Virus record (IMG/VR): IMGVR_UViG_2579778778_000007
Direction: 5' to 3' (one strand)
Source: a virus
Lineage: Duplodnaviria; Heunggongvirae; Uroviricota; Caudoviricetes
DNA length: 34,897 nucleotides
Shown: positions 10,168 through 21,733 of the stretch, piece by piece
How positions within the stretch are numbered: the stretch's first letter is position 1
Layout: each line of letters starts with the position of its first letter
Notes under the pieces: model-generated
The model's input: the letters and a program-made list of their open reading frames with translations, nothing else
Database searches by the model: none
Told to the model about the DNA's origin: nothing
Translations under genes and position numbers: made by a program

Positions 10168-10626
10168 CTATCTCCCGTGATTCAGGAAGTCGATTAGTTC
10201 TTCGCGTGTGGCGCTGTAAAACGTCACGTCATCAACGCCTTTGAAGTATTTCTTGATGGTTCCTACACGCTTAAGGCCAATCATTGCGCAGTACATCTGA
10301 CCGTGGCGGAATTTGCGTGCAGCGAACGATGTGACGCACTGAACAGTGGTGTTAGTCAGAATGTATCGCCAGAACGCCAGCCCGATTTCCTTGCTGAAGC
10401 CACGAACCTCTGGCAGGTACATGGCGTGGCAATCGAATGTCAGCGGCTGAATCTCCTGATAGTAAACAATGCCGCCAAACTGACCGTGCACGTTAACCTC
10501 AAAGTAACGGCATTCAGGCTTGTAGTCGTATCCATCACCGTTGTTGCTCCCGGCAATAATGTCAGGGTGATTTCCGACTGCTTCGATCAGGTCGATGTTT
10601 CGCGTTGGTTTGAACTGAATCATCAC
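10168..10626 (-). CDS. Head completion / tail accessory protein, P22 gp14-like
   Basis: ORF track 152 aa; synteny between tail needle and gp7. Confidence 0.6.
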   Translation of the reverse strand: MMIQFKPTRNIDLIEAVGNHPDIIAGSNNGDGYDYKPECRYFEVNVHGQFGGIVYYQEIQPLTFDCHAMYLPEVRGFSKEIGLAFWRYILTNTTVQCVTSFAARKFRHGQMYCAMIGLKRVGTIKKYFKGVDDVTFYSATREELIDFLNHGR

Positions 10627-11576
10627 TGCTCCGCGATTATCTTGATGGTTGTGGCAGTAAACGCCGCCCCATTTGACTGGATGGTTAACGTACTGCCATT
10701 TGTGGCAAGAAAGCCGTCTTTATCCACGCTGAAGAACGTAGCTAACAGGATGTTATCGGTTGTTGTCGCCGAGTTGCGACTGCTTACCAGTGTGTCAGGA
10801 ACAGATCCGGAAAAGGTTAGCTGCATTGACCTGTTTGCGGTTCCGCTGGGCCACGTCCCGACAATCGACAGCTTGAAGAACAGGGTTTTGTTCTCGTTGA
10901 AAACAACCATCTTGTTGTTATCAGTATCGAAGAATGGTGCCAACGTCCCGGATGACGGCGTGAGCGTTTTCAGCAGGCTAACAAGGTTGGTCGGCGCTGT
11001 TGGAATGGTTACCGATACTCCTGAGTAAACAACCTCTGATTTCTTGCGCGTGGTGGCATACTCAAGCGCAGATATTCTTGTTGAGTGATCACCAACTGTG
11101 CTTTGTAGCGTCGAAATACTTCCCTCTGCCGCTGTGAGCCTGGTATCAAGTGCGTTGATATCGGTTGTATTCTGAGTTATTCGCGCATCATGGTTTGCTA
11201 ACTCAGATTCATTGGCAGCAATTCGCGTCTCGTGATCAGCCAGCTCTGTTTCGGCAGCCGTAATCCTTGTTTCATGATCTGCAAGAGTGCTTTCCGCTGC
11301 TGAGATTCTATGTTCATGATTGATGAGAGTTGCTTCAGCAGTTTCAATTCTGGATTCATGGTCTGCAAGGGTGACATCCTGCTCATCATTCTTCACCTGT
11401 GCATCATAAGCCCCCTTCCCTGCTTCGTTGGCCTTGTTAGCCACATTACCAACATCAGTACCCTGTGCAATAACGTAAAGCAGATACGACTGAGAGAAGA
11501 TATTGCGTGGAAGGACTGATGTATCGAGCCGCGTAGCCTGGATGATTACTGGCTCATTGAGATTCGAATCAGCCAT
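10623..11576 (-). CDS. Tail needle protein (P22 gp26-like N-terminus, extended repeat coiled coil, C-terminal globular domain)
   Basis: ORF track 317 aa; N-terminus [25 protein letters not shown]...[13 protein letters not shown] matches remembered gp26; repeated ADHExRI units. Confidence 0.85.
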   Translation of the reverse strand: MADSNLNEPVIIQATRLDTSVLPRNIFSQSYLLYVIAQGTDVGNVANKANEAGKGAYDAQVKNDEQDVTLADHESRIETAEATLINHEHRISAAESTLADHETRITAAETELADHETRIAANESELANHDARITQNTTDINALDTRLTAAEGSISTLQSTVGDHSTRISALEYATTRKKSEVVYSGVSVTIPTAPTNLVSLLKTLTPSSGTLAPFFDTDNNKMVVFNENKTLFFKLSIVGTWPSGTANRSMQLTFSGSVPDTLVSSRNSATTTDNILLATFFSVDKDGFLATNGSTLTIQSNGAAFTATTIKIIAEQ

Positions 11577-12994
11577 TACTCAATCCTTATCTGGCAGCCA
11601 GACAGAGTTACAGGTGACTTCGTGATAACGCGCAATTTGAAGCCAACATTTTTCCTGATGCGCCCGACTCGCTTCCACAAAACGCGCTTGTCGTAAACGA
11701 ACGGTTCATTCTGCTCAATCATCTGCTCACGCCCGTAATTGATGCCGTCAGTGGTTGCAGAGAGGAACAGGCGGTCGGCGTACTGAGCTACGCCAGTGGA
11801 TGATTCCACCTCCAGATCGAAGCATCTGGCGTTATCCGCTTTGAAGAGTGGAGTAAACAGCAGGTGTTCCTGTTGCTTGTCGTACTGGCTGCTGATGTCG
11901 AATTGCAGTTTCCCGGTAACAGATTCCAGCTTATCGCCGCACGTTATCTGATTGCCTTCGTAAATGAAGTCGATAGCGCGGTACACATCGTCATACAGGC
12001 CTGTTTTCAGTACACACCATTGTGGGCCATTGGCGCTTGAAGATGCGTCGTACACGAGAACATGGCGCGGAAGGTGGATAATCAGCAGCTCATGCGCATC
12101 AAATCGCAGAGACTCCATCACGCCATCAGCCAGTTCATCGGCAGTGTAGGAGCGGAGGATTTTCTCAATGCTCGCGCAGGCGATTGGTGATACCTGACCG
12201 GAGCCGATGATGTATACAGACGGCGCACCTGTTGCCGGATTGCTGATGAACGCATACGAATCAGCAAACGGCGTTTTGCAGTAGGTTCCGGCGATTCCTT
12301 TTTGCACCATCAGTGATGGCTGTGCGACATACAAAGCAGCACCAACGGTGGTTGCCCCAGTCAGGGAAAAATATTCAATCGTCGATGAACCAAAGCAGAC
12401 GATGAAGTCTCGCCATGTACCTATGCCGATGATGCCGTCCGGCTGCGATTCTGCGCGATATTGTGCGCTGTAGCGGTCAGGATGCGATTCGTCTTCAAGG
12501 TCAGTGATAAACCATGAATCAGTTCCGTCTTTTGACCACGCATAACGCCCACGTAAGCGCGTAATGTCGCGGACCGAGCCTAACTCATACTGCGTGAATC
12601 CGCTGTCTGTAGGCCAGTTTGAGACTGTTTTGACCGCGCCATCATAACGATACTCGACCAGTTGACCATTAACGCCTACCGCCTGTGATGTCCGACCATG
12701 CGCCATTGATACGCGACCACTTCCGGCGACGTCACCGACCTCACTTTCGCCCTTATACAATTTGCCACCACACACGCGATAAACAGCATTCTGCGCCATG
12801 TTGTACTCGACGCCTCGCGATACGCCGTTCACATCAGAACGTTTGGTAATGCCAGGGAATGAGCGAAGATATCCGCTGCTGTTCAGGATTTCTTTGGGTG
12901 TAGCCAGCATATTCACTGGCAGATAGTCGATATAGTCGGCATTTCGGAAGTCTTTGCCGACACCTTTCATGAGCGGAAGTTGCTGAATCGGCAT
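11576..12994 (-). CDS. Head completion protein, P22 gp10-like
   Basis: ORF track 472 aa (same length as P22 gp10 as remembered); synteny. Confidence 0.8.
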   Translation of the reverse strand: MPIQQLPLMKGVGKDFRNADYIDYLPVNMLATPKEILNSSGYLRSFPGITKRSDVNGVSRGVEYNMAQNAVYRVCGGKLYKGESEVGDVAGSGRVSMAHGRTSQAVGVNGQLVEYRYDGAVKTVSNWPTDSGFTQYELGSVRDITRLRGRYAWSKDGTDSWFITDLEDESHPDRYSAQYRAESQPDGIIGIGTWRDFIVCFGSSTIEYFSLTGATTVGAALYVAQPSLMVQKGIAGTYCKTPFADSYAFISNPATGAPSVYIIGSGQVSPIACASIEKILRSYTADELADGVMESLRFDAHELLIIHLPRHVLVYDASSSANGPQWCVLKTGLYDDVYRAIDFIYEGNQITCGDKLESVTGKLQFDISSQYDKQQEHLLFTPLFKADNARCFDLEVESSTGVAQYADRLFLSATTDGINYGREQMIEQNEPFVYDKRVLWKRVGRIRKNVGFKLRVITKSPVTLSGCQIRIE

Positions 12995-13494
12995 TATTCG
13001 CTCCCGTTATCGCAAGGTTCCTTTCGCTGGAAGTAATTCCACCCGTTCCACTTCGCCAACTGATTACCGCTACCAACAGGCATACGGTTTGGATAACCGG
13101 ACTTACATTTAGCGGCTTTTGCTCTGTCCATTGCAGACAGTTTGACGAGTCGCTCTTTCCCGTATCTGGCAGTGGTTATAAGTTTTGTAGACGCTTCCAG
13201 TGCATAATCCGGAGCAATGCGGCAGGCAAGGTTGAAAATGACGGCATTGATAGCGTTATTTGATAAACCGTGCTCATCGCCCGGATCTGGAGCGACATCT
13301 GCATCAGCGAAAATGTAGCCAACGTTGATGCCAGGTGACGCATCACCGCCAAGCCATTCAGCCATCATCATTTCAAGGTCGTTGACGCCGTCTTCCATAG
13401 ACTGCGGTTCGACATCGGTTAACGTGGCATTTGATGCCACACCGAGCTTACGTAATGCCGCAAGGACTAAATCACCCTTCGTTGTCAGGTTCAT
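12994..13494 (-). CDS. Head completion protein, P22 gp4-like
   Basis: ORF track 12994-13575; homology to remembered gp4 begins at internal ATG 13492-13494 ([33 protein letters not shown]). Confidence 0.8.
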   Translation of the reverse strand: MNLTTKGDLVLAALRKLGVASNATLTDVEPQSMEDGVNDLEMMMAEWLGGDASPGINVGYIFADADVAPDPGDEHGLSNNAINAVIFNLACRIAPDYALEASTKLITTARYGKERLVKLSAMDRAKAAKCKSGYPNRMPVGSGNQLAKWNGWNYFQRKEPCDNGSE

Positions 13495-13714
13495 CTGCTG
13501 CCGCCTTAGGTTTTCGACCAGGCTTTTTACGCTGTTTTTCTTCTGGCTCTGGCTCTGGCTCTGGCCCTGCAACATCCTTCAGAAGGTCATCGGGATGTGC
13601 AAACCAACCAGCATCCAGATATTCCTGAATCTCTTCGGCTTTCACAATTTCAAAATCGTAGCCAACGCCTTTCCACTTCTTCATGTTGCCATGGCGAAAG
13701 ATCATGTGTGTCAT
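13472..13714 (-). CDS. Hypothetical small protein with PEPEPEPE segment and basic C-terminal tail
   Basis: ORF track 13472-13762; ATG at 13712-13714 with SD GGAG 6 nt upstream, immediately after the post-coat terminator. Confidence 0.45.
   Translation of the reverse strand: MTHMIFRHGNMKKWKGVGYDFEIVKAEEIQEYLDAGWFAHPDDLLKDVAGPEPEPEPEEKQRKKPGRKPKAAADEPDNEG
13545..13568. repeat. Hexanucleotide tandem repeat (GGCTCT)x3 plus GGCCCT
   Basis: Read directly; encodes PEPEPEP in the small ORF. Confidence 0.7.
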
Positions 13715-13728
13715 GCTTGTCTCCAGAT

Positions 13729-13750
13729 AAAAAAGGGAGCCGAAGCTCCC
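13729..13750 (-). terminator. Rho-independent terminator immediately after coat gene (minus strand GGGAGC-UUCG-GCUCCC-U6)
   Basis: Perfect 6-bp stem, tetraloop, run of 6 A on plus strand; 8 nt downstream of coat stop. Confidence 0.6.
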
Positions 13751-13758
13751 TCTGGTTA

Positions 13759-15054
13759 TCACGCAGTCTGGTTAGGAAGACCAACACCAATTGCCTCTGG
13801 TCGTACAGCACATGCTGAATACCACACAGCAATACGGCACTTACCAGACAGAGTGTTGATATCACCCTGCGTTGCGAAGATGCCGTTAACACCAATGCCT
13901 GGAATGCTGAAGGAAGACGTTTTCATGCCAGCAAACAGTTCATGGGTTACCGGGATCGGCTGAGACAGCAGACGGATTGAGTCATCAGCCCAGAACACGT
14001 TAGCGGTGGTTGTTGCCACGTTCAGAACGTTTACCGGAGTGGTATCAGCAAGAGAGGTGTTTACGTTAGCGTAAGCCTTCTCTTCTTTTGTCAGTGACGC
14101 GTCATCCAGTGCAATCGGTTTCGGCGTGATTTCGATGTGAGTACCATCGATCACACGGGTGATTGAGAAAGTCGCGTCATCAGTTAGCACGTTCTTCGCC
14201 ATCTGAGACAGGAATTTCACACCAGTGAAGCTGATTTTGTCGCCGCGCTTAAATCCGGTGGTGGAGGATACGGTCACCGTTGCAACACGGTTGTCGACGT
14301 TCTCTTTGTTACCATCGGTATCAAGGGTGTATGCCTGCGGCTTAAACTTCTGCGCACCAGAAACAGTTACACCAGTCGCGGTTGACTTGGTAACTGCCGG
14401 AAGTTTCGGTGAGCGAAGAATTTCATCAAAGCCAGCAATCTGACGCTGAATAGTACCGTTGCGATACGCTTCTTCAGGAACGCGCCCAAAGATGTCACCA
14501 TCTACCAGGTTGCGGCCTGCTTTGCGGTAATCGTCAGGGTTCAGGAAGTAACTGATGCCCATGTCGCGGTTTAGCTCACGGGAGAACATCAGGCGCTCTG
14601 CATCAGACACAAAATCCCAGCCAGACAGGCCAGTAGATGGACCAATTGCGCGGGTATCGTGAACAACAAGCGAGCCCATTTCAGTTGCCTGTTTGGCAAT
14701 CGCTGACTCAATGTTATTCGCCAGTTTTTTGGCGGATGCCTGGATGCGGCGACGGTAAGAACGCTCATCACGCAGGTCATCTGCACGAAGTTCGAAGAAA
14801 TCGTTATCCGGATCGCCCATGTTGCATTTCACGGAGAGTTCCAGAATCCCGGTAGCGTTGCCAGTTAAATCCCAGCCAGTCTGAGTTGGCGCTTCCTGCT
14901 CAACAGGCATCCACACGGTGTTGCTTGAACGCTGCATGGATTCTGCCGGAGGGGTGTATTTTGTCACTTTGGACGCCATTGGCGTCAGGTTCTGGACGGT
15001 TTCGATGATTTCATCCAGAGCATACGTGACCAGTTGACCTTCATTTAATGCCAT
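13759..15054 (-). CDS. Major coat protein, P22 gp5-like
   Basis: ORF track 431 aa; closely matches remembered P22 coat (MALNEGQ...[13 protein letters not shown]). Confidence 0.9.
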   Translation of the reverse strand: MALNEGQLVTYALDEIIETVQNLTPMASKVTKYTPPAESMQRSSNTVWMPVEQEAPTQTGWDLTGNATGILELSVKCNMGDPDNDFFELRADDLRDERSYRRRIQASAKKLANNIESAIAKQATEMGSLVVHDTRAIGPSTGLSGWDFVSDAERLMFSRELNRDMGISYFLNPDDYRKAGRNLVDGDIFGRVPEEAYRNGTIQRQIAGFDEILRSPKLPAVTKSTATGVTVSGAQKFKPQAYTLDTDGNKENVDNRVATVTVSSTTGFKRGDKISFTGVKFLSQMAKNVLTDDATFSITRVIDGTHIEITPKPIALDDASLTKEEKAYANVNTSLADTTPVNVLNVATTTANVFWADDSIRLLSQPIPVTHELFAGMKTSSFSIPGIGVNGIFATQGDINTLSGKCRIAVWYSACAVRPEAIGVGLPNQTA

Positions 15055-15965
15055 TATCGAATTCCTTTATTCAGTTGCGCCTTGAGCTTGCGGTATGTCT
15101 CTACATCCCCTTTGTTTGCTGCCGCTTCCATCTGCTTTTCAATCGCAGATATATTTGCAGCAACAGCGTGTCCATGAATGGGTTCATCAGGTAGCGGGGC
15201 TTCTGAAACAGGTTTGGCTCGAGGCTTGAGAGTTAAACGTTCTGACAGTCGAGTGAGTTCAATCAGCGCGGATTGCCCGTCCATCGCCAGCAACTGGCGT
15301 GTTTTCTCAGGATTAGCACCAAGGTGATACATGAGAGCGGCGGATTTCTCCGGGAAGAGGCGCATGATGTCGGCACCGACTGCTGGCGGCACCAGTTGCA
15401 TGAATGCATCCTCTTTCTCCTGATAGTCAGGGATATTGAGCTTTTCCGCTGCGTCGTAGTGCTTACGGGCTGCCTCGACGTATTGCGCTGATTGCTGGGT
15501 GAACTCCTGAGTTTTGCGACCCTGCTCGGCGACAGCCTGGCTTCGTGCGTCCATAGCCTTGATCTGCCATTCACTGTTTGCCTGCTGGAAGGCAGCCAGT
15601 GCGCGGCTCTGGTCATAGTCGTACTTAGCCAGTGCGTCTTCGGAAAGATAATCGTTAGGGTCTGGTTGTTTCGGTAACTCAGGGTTCACCCGCAGGTGCT
15701 CCGGCAATTCTCCACGCTTAACCGCTTCCATCTGCTGCTCAAGCTCACGCTGGCGTTTGCGTTCGATGCGGCGACGGGCAAATTCAGCATTAGTTGCCGG
15801 GTCTTGTTTTGGTTTCTCATCGTCTTTCAGGACAATCTCGAAGCCTTCTTCCTGACCTGCGTTGTCGTTGGCATTATCGACAACTAAGCCATCAGCAGAT
15901 GCCGCTGCATGATTGCCAGGCAGGGTTAATTCTTCAGAAGCCTGAATGTCGGTGGTTTGGTCCAT
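15054..15965 (-). CDS. Scaffolding protein, P22 gp8-like
   Basis: ORF track 303 aa (same length as P22 gp8 as remembered); C-terminal ...[12 protein letters not shown]. Confidence 0.85.
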   Translation of the reverse strand: MDQTTDIQASEELTLPGNHAAASADGLVVDNANDNAGQEEGFEIVLKDDEKPKQDPATNAEFARRRIERKRQRELEQQMEAVKRGELPEHLRVNPELPKQPDPNDYLSEDALAKYDYDQSRALAAFQQANSEWQIKAMDARSQAVAEQGRKTQEFTQQSAQYVEAARKHYDAAEKLNIPDYQEKEDAFMQLVPPAVGADIMRLFPEKSAALMYHLGANPEKTRQLLAMDGQSALIELTRLSERLTLKPRAKPVSEAPLPDEPIHGHAVAANISAIEKQMEAAANKGDVETYRKLKAQLNKGIR

Positions 15966-15978
15966 GATTAACTCTCTC

Positions 15979-18144
15979 TTATTGAGGTGTCTCGGCTACT
16001 CCGCCGGAGGGGATTTGAACTTGACGCATAAGATTCGCGAAATCCATGCGTTGTGAATGAGTCTGGTCTGCATCTTTAAGAAGCAGCTCAGCGTTAGCAC
16101 GAGCATCTTTGCTGCGCTGTTGCTGGAATTGACCTACGAGCTTGAGGTACTCACGCAGTTCTGCCTGCTTGTCGAGGTCCATATTGTTGAAGATTTCTGC
16201 AATCTTCGCGGCGTTGAGTTGGTTCTGGGCTTCAACCTTGGCAGCTTCAACCTGAATCTGCGCCTGTTGGTTCTCTGCCTTGAGCAATTCAGCCTGACCT
16301 TGCAGAAGGATGCCCTGCGCCTGAATTTGCTCTGCTGATGGCTGCTGCGGCTGTTGTTGTGCCTGCTGCACCATCTCCATCTCTTCAGGTGTTTCTGGTT
16401 TCTTCAGCCCCATCATCACCAGTTGCTTGTTCGCGTACTCTCGCATCATCTCGACGCCTTTACCGTCAAGCAGCGTGAAGTATTGCAGCATCAGCATCTG
16501 GAACTCTGGAGTACCTTGCGGAACCTTGGTTAGTAACTCCTGAATCTCTGCGCGGTTCTGTTCCTTCATGCTCTGGAAGGATGGCCCAACGTCCGTATAG
16601 CACTCATAGCGACCACGAATGTCGTTGAGTGTGACCACATTGCCGGACTGATAATCGACAACTTGCGCATAGAGTTGAACGTCTTTCTCGCTTCCATCTT
16701 CAAGTGTCAGCGTTACATGACGAGGAACGTCATAAATATCGTTGACCATTGAGGCATAAATCTCGCCATCACGTCGCATTGCAGTAGCCAGGTTATCCTG
16801 AAACACGTATGTCTCAAGGTCTGCCCGCATGTTCAGTTGATTGACGGTATCGAAAGCGACCTGACCATTTGCCGCCTGCGCATCAACGCCAAGACTAGCC
16901 ACCTCTTTCACTGCGTTGGTGGCTGCCTCAAGCATGTAAGCGTTGGCTTGCGGCACTTCAGGGTTTTCCATGTAGGAGATTGGACCAATCGGCAGGTCGT
17001 TACCGTTTTCATCGGTCCTGTTCTGCAGATAGTACGGATAGTCATCATTTCCACCGTACATGTATTCGTAGCCTTCGATTTGCTCAGGGAAGAAGGTAGG
17101 TTTCTTCTTCGGTGAACGAGCAACAATATCGGCGTTGAATGACATGATCATGTTACGAAGGCGTTGACCGTCTTTCGTCAGCCTTACCACTCCTTCGTAG
17201 CACTCCTTGTCACCAGCGAATGACCATTCGCCATACACTGGAACGATTGGAATATGCTCTCCGGCTATCTTCTCGCGGTCTTTCAGTATCTGCGTGCAGG
17301 TGATGATCGACTTATACACACGCCGACGCTTCACCTTGCGCTCTGCTACCTTAATGAATCCACGATTAGCCAGGTCGTCGATGACGTCTTTGATATCCTG
17401 CTGGTAATAGCTGACCGGCTCACCTGTCAGCGGGTCGCGGTAGATGAAGACTTTCTCTTTCTTCTCTTCTACCTCGTAATACTCAGCGACGTAGACGACA
17501 TCATTCGATACCCACGGAAACAGCCATGTGTCGTTCGGATTCTGGAAAGATGGCAAGGTGTCAGGATCAATACCGTAATCCTCTGCGAACTCTTTCCAGC
17601 CATTGCGTGACAAAGCGTTAATCACCGTGCAGTGCTTAGCATCGCTCTTATCCATCTGCTTGCTGTTGGCGTCCCATATGACGTGCGAGCAGGCTTCATG
17701 GATTGGCAGGCGTCGGATTACCTGATTGTTGCTTGTTGGGTCGTTGTCTTCGTACTGGGTGACCAGACGCCATGCACCAACGCCGGACTCTATCTGCTCA
17801 CGAACGCCAACGTTAACGGCAATCTTTGCCGTGTTATGGCGCATATCAGTACGATACATTCCCATCAACACATCGGCAGCATCAGGATTAGCGCCGTCTT
17901 TGGGTCGGAAGAGAACGTCGATAGGATTCCGGCGCATCTCTGCTACCAGTTTCCTGACCACCGGGCGAACAACATCGAATTGTCCGCGATATTGCAGGGT
18001 AGTGTAGTTTGATAGCCAGTCATCCCATTGCGACACTCGGCTAAAATACAGGTCATTTGTCGCCTCGGTTCTGGCTTCATCGCTCGCCATCCAGTCCGCG
18101 TCAAACTTACACAGAATGGAATTGAGTCTGTTTTCGTCGGCCAT
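15979..18144 (-). CDS. Portal protein, P22 gp1-like
   Basis: ORF track 721 aa; extensive match to remembered P22 portal (FDADW.ASDEAR...[11 protein letters not shown]...SGGVAETPQ). Confidence 0.95.
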   Translation of the reverse strand: MADENRLNSILCKFDADWMASDEARTEATNDLYFSRVSQWDDWLSNYTTLQYRGQFDVVRPVVRKLVAEMRRNPIDVLFRPKDGANPDAADVLMGMYRTDMRHNTAKIAVNVGVREQIESGVGAWRLVTQYEDNDPTSNNQVIRRLPIHEACSHVIWDANSKQMDKSDAKHCTVINALSRNGWKEFAEDYGIDPDTLPSFQNPNDTWLFPWVSNDVVYVAEYYEVEEKKEKVFIYRDPLTGEPVSYYQQDIKDVIDDLANRGFIKVAERKVKRRRVYKSIITCTQILKDREKIAGEHIPIVPVYGEWSFAGDKECYEGVVRLTKDGQRLRNMIMSFNADIVARSPKKKPTFFPEQIEGYEYMYGGNDDYPYYLQNRTDENGNDLPIGPISYMENPEVPQANAYMLEAATNAVKEVASLGVDAQAANGQVAFDTVNQLNMRADLETYVFQDNLATAMRRDGEIYASMVNDIYDVPRHVTLTLEDGSEKDVQLYAQVVDYQSGNVVTLNDIRGRYECYTDVGPSFQSMKEQNRAEIQELLTKVPQGTPEFQMLMLQYFTLLDGKGVEMMREYANKQLVMMGLKKPETPEEMEMVQQAQQQPQQPSAEQIQAQGILLQGQAELLKAENQQAQIQVEAAKVEAQNQLNAAKIAEIFNNMDLDKQAELREYLKLVGQFQQQRSKDARANAELLLKDADQTHSQRMDFANLMRQVQIPSGGVAETPQ

Positions 18145-19470
18145 TTAAGTTCTCCGTGCGATGGGCCTGATTGGGGCTGGTATCTTTTTCTCTTTTGGTT
18201 TTTTGATGTCGCGCATCATTTTGGCGAAGCGGCGCATCATGTATGCATAGCGAACGGCTGATAGCACGTCGTCGTTAAGCTTGACGATCTTCCCGTTTTC
18301 ATCACGGTGATAGAGGCGGAACTCCTCAAAGAATGGCTCACAGGTGTTGAATACTTTGAAGCGACCATCGAGCATCATGTCGCGCAATTCAGTGATGCCA
18401 GGCTCCACGGCATTACCGCCATCAGGCCATGTCGCATGCTCCTGCAACATCATAAAACCAGCGTCTGCATACTGCCCTTTGAGCTGCTCACCGCCGCCCT
18501 TCTCATGCTGGTTTCCGTCATGAGGCCATGCTGTTGGCACTTTATGCGCCCATGATTTAACAGCTCCCCATGCCTGAACGGCTGTTTTTTCTTTCGCCTT
18601 CCACACGCGTGAAACGTAGATTGTGTCTGCGTCCTTATCCCACCAAAGCTGAACCTGCGCCTGCGGGTGATCCCATCCGAAATCCATCCCGCCAATTACG
18701 TAGAAGTGATCAGGACACTCGAACGGCTGACACTTAATCGTCTCTTCCGGTATCTGGAAGATTCGACCACTACCCATCGTAGGAATACCGCGAGCACGCG
18801 CCTCTCTCTCATGCTCGGGATATGATGCGATGATTTGCTCTTTCTGCTCGTCGGTATAGTGCTCAGCGTCATAGATGGTCATGTTGACCACTTTCTGCGA
18901 CTTGCTGGGGTTCTTCAGGAACTTGGTAACAACGTCAGACATCCCCATCAGCGGGGTAAACGTCAGAATTGAGAATTGCCCGTATTTGTTGGTACGGGTA
19001 AGACCTTCGCCATAAATGCTGTATGGTGGCTCTTCGTCAAACCACACGCCGTGGATTGTGTCACCCTGCCAGCGAGCGCGGCCTTGCGAGTATGGTTTGA
19101 AGTAGCAGATTGAAATGCCATCTTCAACGCCATCAGCCGTGTGATGCTTAACCAGAAGATGATCAACAAGGTTCGGAAAGAAAGGAGACTTCTTCCAGCT
19201 AATGATGTCCTCTTTCGGTATTGAACCGTAGCCCGGCTCATCATTCTCTTCAATACGACCGCACAGGATGCGTTGAGTCGTTTTAGTTACCGTCTCGTTT
19301 GTCTCGCCGCCAATCCAGAAGACAACAGGCTCATAGAAACGCTTACCTTTCCACTCACCGCCATATTTACCATCAGCAGGATAGCCTTTTGTGCCCGGAT
19401 AACGCCCGGTAAGGTGAAACGCGACTTCAGCAGCACCAGTAAATGACTTACCAAGCTGGTTACCAGCCAT
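18145..19470 (-). CDS. Terminase large subunit, apparently 5'-truncated (only available Met lies just before the Walker A motif GNQLGKS; frame stays open upstream to 19578 without a start codon)
   Basis: ORF track 441 aa; Walker A at residues 4-9; upstream in-frame peptide ...[23 protein letters not shown] has no ATG/GTG/TTG and abuts the truncated ninI 3' end. Confidence 0.75.
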   Translation of the reverse strand: MAGNQLGKSFTGAAEVAFHLTGRYPGTKGYPADGKYGGEWKGKRFYEPVVFWIGGETNETVTKTTQRILCGRIEENDEPGYGSIPKEDIISWKKSPFFPNLVDHLLVKHHTADGVEDGISICYFKPYSQGRARWQGDTIHGVWFDEEPPYSIYGEGLTRTNKYGQFSILTFTPLMGMSDVVTKFLKNPSKSQKVVNMTIYDAEHYTDEQKEQIIASYPEHEREARARGIPTMGSGRIFQIPEETIKCQPFECPDHFYVIGGMDFGWDHPQAQVQLWWDKDADTIYVSRVWKAKEKTAVQAWGAVKSWAHKVPTAWPHDGNQHEKGGGEQLKGQYADAGFMMLQEHATWPDGGNAVEPGITELRDMMLDGRFKVFNTCEPFFEEFRLYHRDENGKIVKLNDDVLSAVRYAYMMRRFAKMMRDIKKPKEKKIPAPIRPIARRT

Positions 19471-19537
19471 AAAACAGCGCTCTGGATAGTCATGCCCGGC
19501 GTCGATGAACTCACGCTGTTTGCTGTATGGCGTAAAT

Positions 19538-20149
19538 TCATATATCGATATACATCTGGTTGGAAAACTTGAGTGGTTTCACTGCTGGCGTATGACCAAA
19601 GATGAACGTGTCCGCGCCTTTGATTTCTTTCACGACCCCGTCTTGTGAGTTGCTGATTCGTTCGCGGCTCCAGATTACCTGCTGATGATCAACTGGCTTT
19701 CCAAACTCGTATTTATCACAAGGATAATCGGCGTGGCAGATGACATATTTTTTACCTTTGCTCACCAGTTCGATGATTAACGGAAGTTCACCTGCTTTAT
19801 GGGCAAGAGCTTTAGCCAGAATTTCTTTGTCGTAATCGAGATTAAAGAACCAGCCACCGCCATTAAGCAGCCAGTGATTGACGTTTCCACGCTCTGATAA
19901 GCCATCAATCATCATTTGCTCATGGTTTCCACGTACAGCTCTGAACCAGGGGAATGTGATTAATTCCAGGCATTCGACGTTCTCTGTACCGCGATCAACC
20001 AAATCGCCAACCGAGATAAGCAGGTCTTTTTTGGTGTCGAATCCTATCGTCTCCAGTTTTTTCATCAGGTTCGTGTAGCATCCGTGCAGATCGCCAACTA
20101 CCCAAATATTTCGGTATTTGCTGCCATCAATTTTTTCGTAATAGCGCAT
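19538..20149 (-). CDS. ninI: NinI serine/threonine protein phosphatase, C-terminally truncated at a deletion junction
   Basis: ORF track 19538-20224; homology to remembered lambda phosphatase from [25 protein letters not shown]; sequence diverges after ...NQMYID and stops. Confidence 0.85.
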   Translation of the reverse strand: MRYYEKIDGSKYRNIWVVGDLHGCYTNLMKKLETIGFDTKKDLLISVGDLVDRGTENVECLELITFPWFRAVRGNHEQMMIDGLSERGNVNHWLLNGGGWFFNLDYDKEILAKALAHKAGELPLIIELVSKGKKYVICHADYPCDKYEFGKPVDHQQVIWSRERISNSQDGVVKEIKGADTFIFGHTPAVKPLKFSNQMYIDI

Positions 20150-20333
20150 CTCTTTCACTCCATCCGCGATGAACCATGAGAACGTCGTTGACGATGGCGT
20201 GCATTTTCCCGTCTTTATCATCAACGTATTTTCTTACCGTGCCGCGACTACATTTCAGTCTGCGTGCCACTTCTGTCTGGTTTCCGTATGCTTCAACGAG
20301 CATGTCTGGAATGGTTTTTACTGAGAACGTCAT
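20127..20333 (-). CDS. ninH: NinH
   Basis: ORF track 68 aa; matches remembered lambda NinH; ATGA overlap with ninG stop. Confidence 0.75.
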   Translation of the reverse strand: MTFSVKTIPDMLVEAYGNQTEVARRLKCSRGTVRKYVDDKDGKMHAIVNDVLMVHRGWSERDALLRKN

Positions 20334-20674
20334 GCGGCCTCATCCCACTGAGCAGACGTGAGCGTTCCGCACGAGATACATGGTAAGTCGCGGTCTCTTT
20401 CTCTGATGAAGGCGTTTACGGCTTGTTGGGCTTGTTTAATCCAGTAACTGCGGGGCTTTAAGGCGAGTTTTCGAATCTTCAGTTTATCTTTCTGTTTCTG
20501 CTCCTCTCGTCGTCGTTTCTTCTCTGCTGCTTTTTCCGCTTTTTTTCGCTGTTTACTTTGTAGTTTGAGTGCTAACTGAGTTCCGTGTTCCGGGCAGCAC
20601 CACCACTGATTTGAGAATGCCGGGTGAAACCATTCCTTGCATATTTTGCATTTCCTTCGCGCTGGTTTAGCCAT
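20330..20674 (-). CDS. ninG: NinG (Rap) homologue, shortened (114 aa versus about 200 aa in lambda as remembered)
   Basis: ORF track 114 aa; N-terminal half matches remembered NinG (MAKPARR.C...EWFHPAF.NQWWC...[15 protein letters not shown]) then ends. Confidence 0.65.
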   Translation of the reverse strand: MAKPARRKCKICKEWFHPAFSNQWWCCPEHGTQLALKLQSKQRKKAEKAAEKKRRREEQKQKDKLKIRKLALKPRSYWIKQAQQAVNAFIRERDRDLPCISCGTLTSAQWDEAA

Positions 20675-20843
20675 CGTCTTCTTCCTCGTACATTGAGCTA
20701 TTCGGATCGCTCATCAGTTCTGCGCAGCAGTGCTCACATACGTGAACTTCCAGCACATGCAGCTTCTGACCGCAATTAGCGCACGTTAAAGCCCGCTCGA
20801 CGCTTTCTTTCTGGTATTGAAGGGATTGGGATGGGCTAAGCAT
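20667..20843 (-). CDS. ninF: NinF (58 aa, below ORF-track size cutoff)
   Basis: Hand-translated [58 protein letters not shown]; matches remembered lambda NinF; stop overlaps ninG start. Confidence 0.75.
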   Translation of the reverse strand: MLSPSQSLQYQKESVERALTCANCGQKLHVLEVHVCEHCCAELMSDPNSSMYEEEDDG

Positions 20844-21183
20844 TATTAGCGTCCTGCATCATGAGAAAGACAATCATGGCGGCGCGGAGTGGGTTATTGT
20901 CTATGGTAATAAATTCACAAAATCTATCCGCCTCCCACCAATATTCATTCTTCATTCCAGGATTATTTCTTTCGTATGCACATATGCTGATCTGATGTTT
21001 TGCGATTACAGGCCATGCGTCTGCTGGGTTATTGCAGTAGTCGTACCATCGATAATTACCATTTGCTTCATTGCCAACAGACCGTCCATCTGCGTTGTGC
21101 GGATAACCTAATGGTTTTGCCCCAACTATCACTTTAAATACTCGCTTGTTAATTTCAAAATCACTTAACTGTGAATAATCCAT
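20836..21183 (-). CDS. Hypothetical nin-region protein
   Basis: ORF track 20836-21225; likely start ATG 21181-21183 with SD GAGGAA 6 nt upstream; no confident homology. Confidence 0.6.
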   Translation of the reverse strand: MDYSQLSDFEINKRVFKVIVGAKPLGYPHNADGRSVGNEANGNYRWYDYCNNPADAWPVIAKHQISICAYERNNPGMKNEYWWEADRFCEFITIDNNPLRAAMIVFLMMQDANNA

Positions 21184-21185
21184 TG

Positions 21186-21362
21186 TCATTTCCTCGCACG
21201 ATGTCTTAGCCACCGGATATCCCACAGGTGAGCCGTGTAGTTGAAAGTTTTTACGTCAGATTCTTTGGGGATTGGCTTGCGTTTATTTCTGGAGCGTTTC
21301 GTTGGAAGGTATTTGCAGTTTTCGCAGATGATGTCGGTGAAACTTCGTCGCTGTCGTCTCAT
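21186..21362 (-). CDS. ninE: NinE
   Basis: ORF track 21186-21407; internal ATG at 21360-21362 gives [32 protein letters not shown]... matching remembered lambda NinE; ATGA overlap with ninB stop. Confidence 0.8.
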   Translation of the reverse strand: MRRQRRSFTDIICENCKYLPTKRSRNKRKPIPKESDVKTFNYTAHLWDIRWLRHRARK

Positions 21363-21733
21363 TCGTACCTCCTGTCGGTAAATCTGACACCCTGACCAAT
21401 AGCCCACGCTGTTGTGTACTCAATCAGACTTGCCATACGCTTCACACTCATCTGCGCGCTGCTTTCGCGGATGTTGACGTATTCGCCTTCAAGCCCGGGC
21501 AAAACATCAGCTTCCTGCTTTGTTGCCACTGCATGACCGCTGATCAACAAAACCTTCCATTGTTCTGGTTTTAACCATTTATCGCGCCACTGAACTTGCC
21601 TGGCGATATCTGCGACCATCGCGTGAAATTTTGCGTTCTGGTCAAGATTTCGCTTGTAGTCAGTAATGCGGATGGTGACTGGCTTGTCTTTATCGAGAGG
21701 AGTTGCGAGGATGCCCTGTATCTCGTGAGTCAC
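21359..21733 (-). CDS. ninB: NinB recombination protein
   Basis: ORF track 124 aa; similarity to remembered lambda NinB; synteny. Confidence 0.7.
   Translation of the reverse strand: MTHEIQGILATPLDKDKPVTIRITDYKRNLDQNAKFHAMVADIARQVQWRDKWLKPEQWKVLLISGHAVATKQEADVLPGLEGEYVNIRESSAQMSVKRMASLIEYTTAWAIGQGVRFTDRRYE

Noticed and set aside
10303-11028. 241-aa plus-strand ORF
   Set aside because: Antisense to gp14-like and tail-needle genes; shadow ORF
13545-13568. Possible CRISPR array from short tandem repeats (also iterons at 23318-23412)
   Set aside because: Repeats are 6 bp or 11 bp without spacers and lie inside coding sequence; not CRISPR
13325-13963. 212-aa plus-strand ORF
   Set aside because: Lies antisense across the gp4, small-ORF and coat genes, which have strong homology support; treated as a shadow ORF
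19470-19600. Insertion sequence as cause of the ninI-terminase junction
   Set aside because: No transposase ORF or inverted repeats at the junction; a simple deletion fits better
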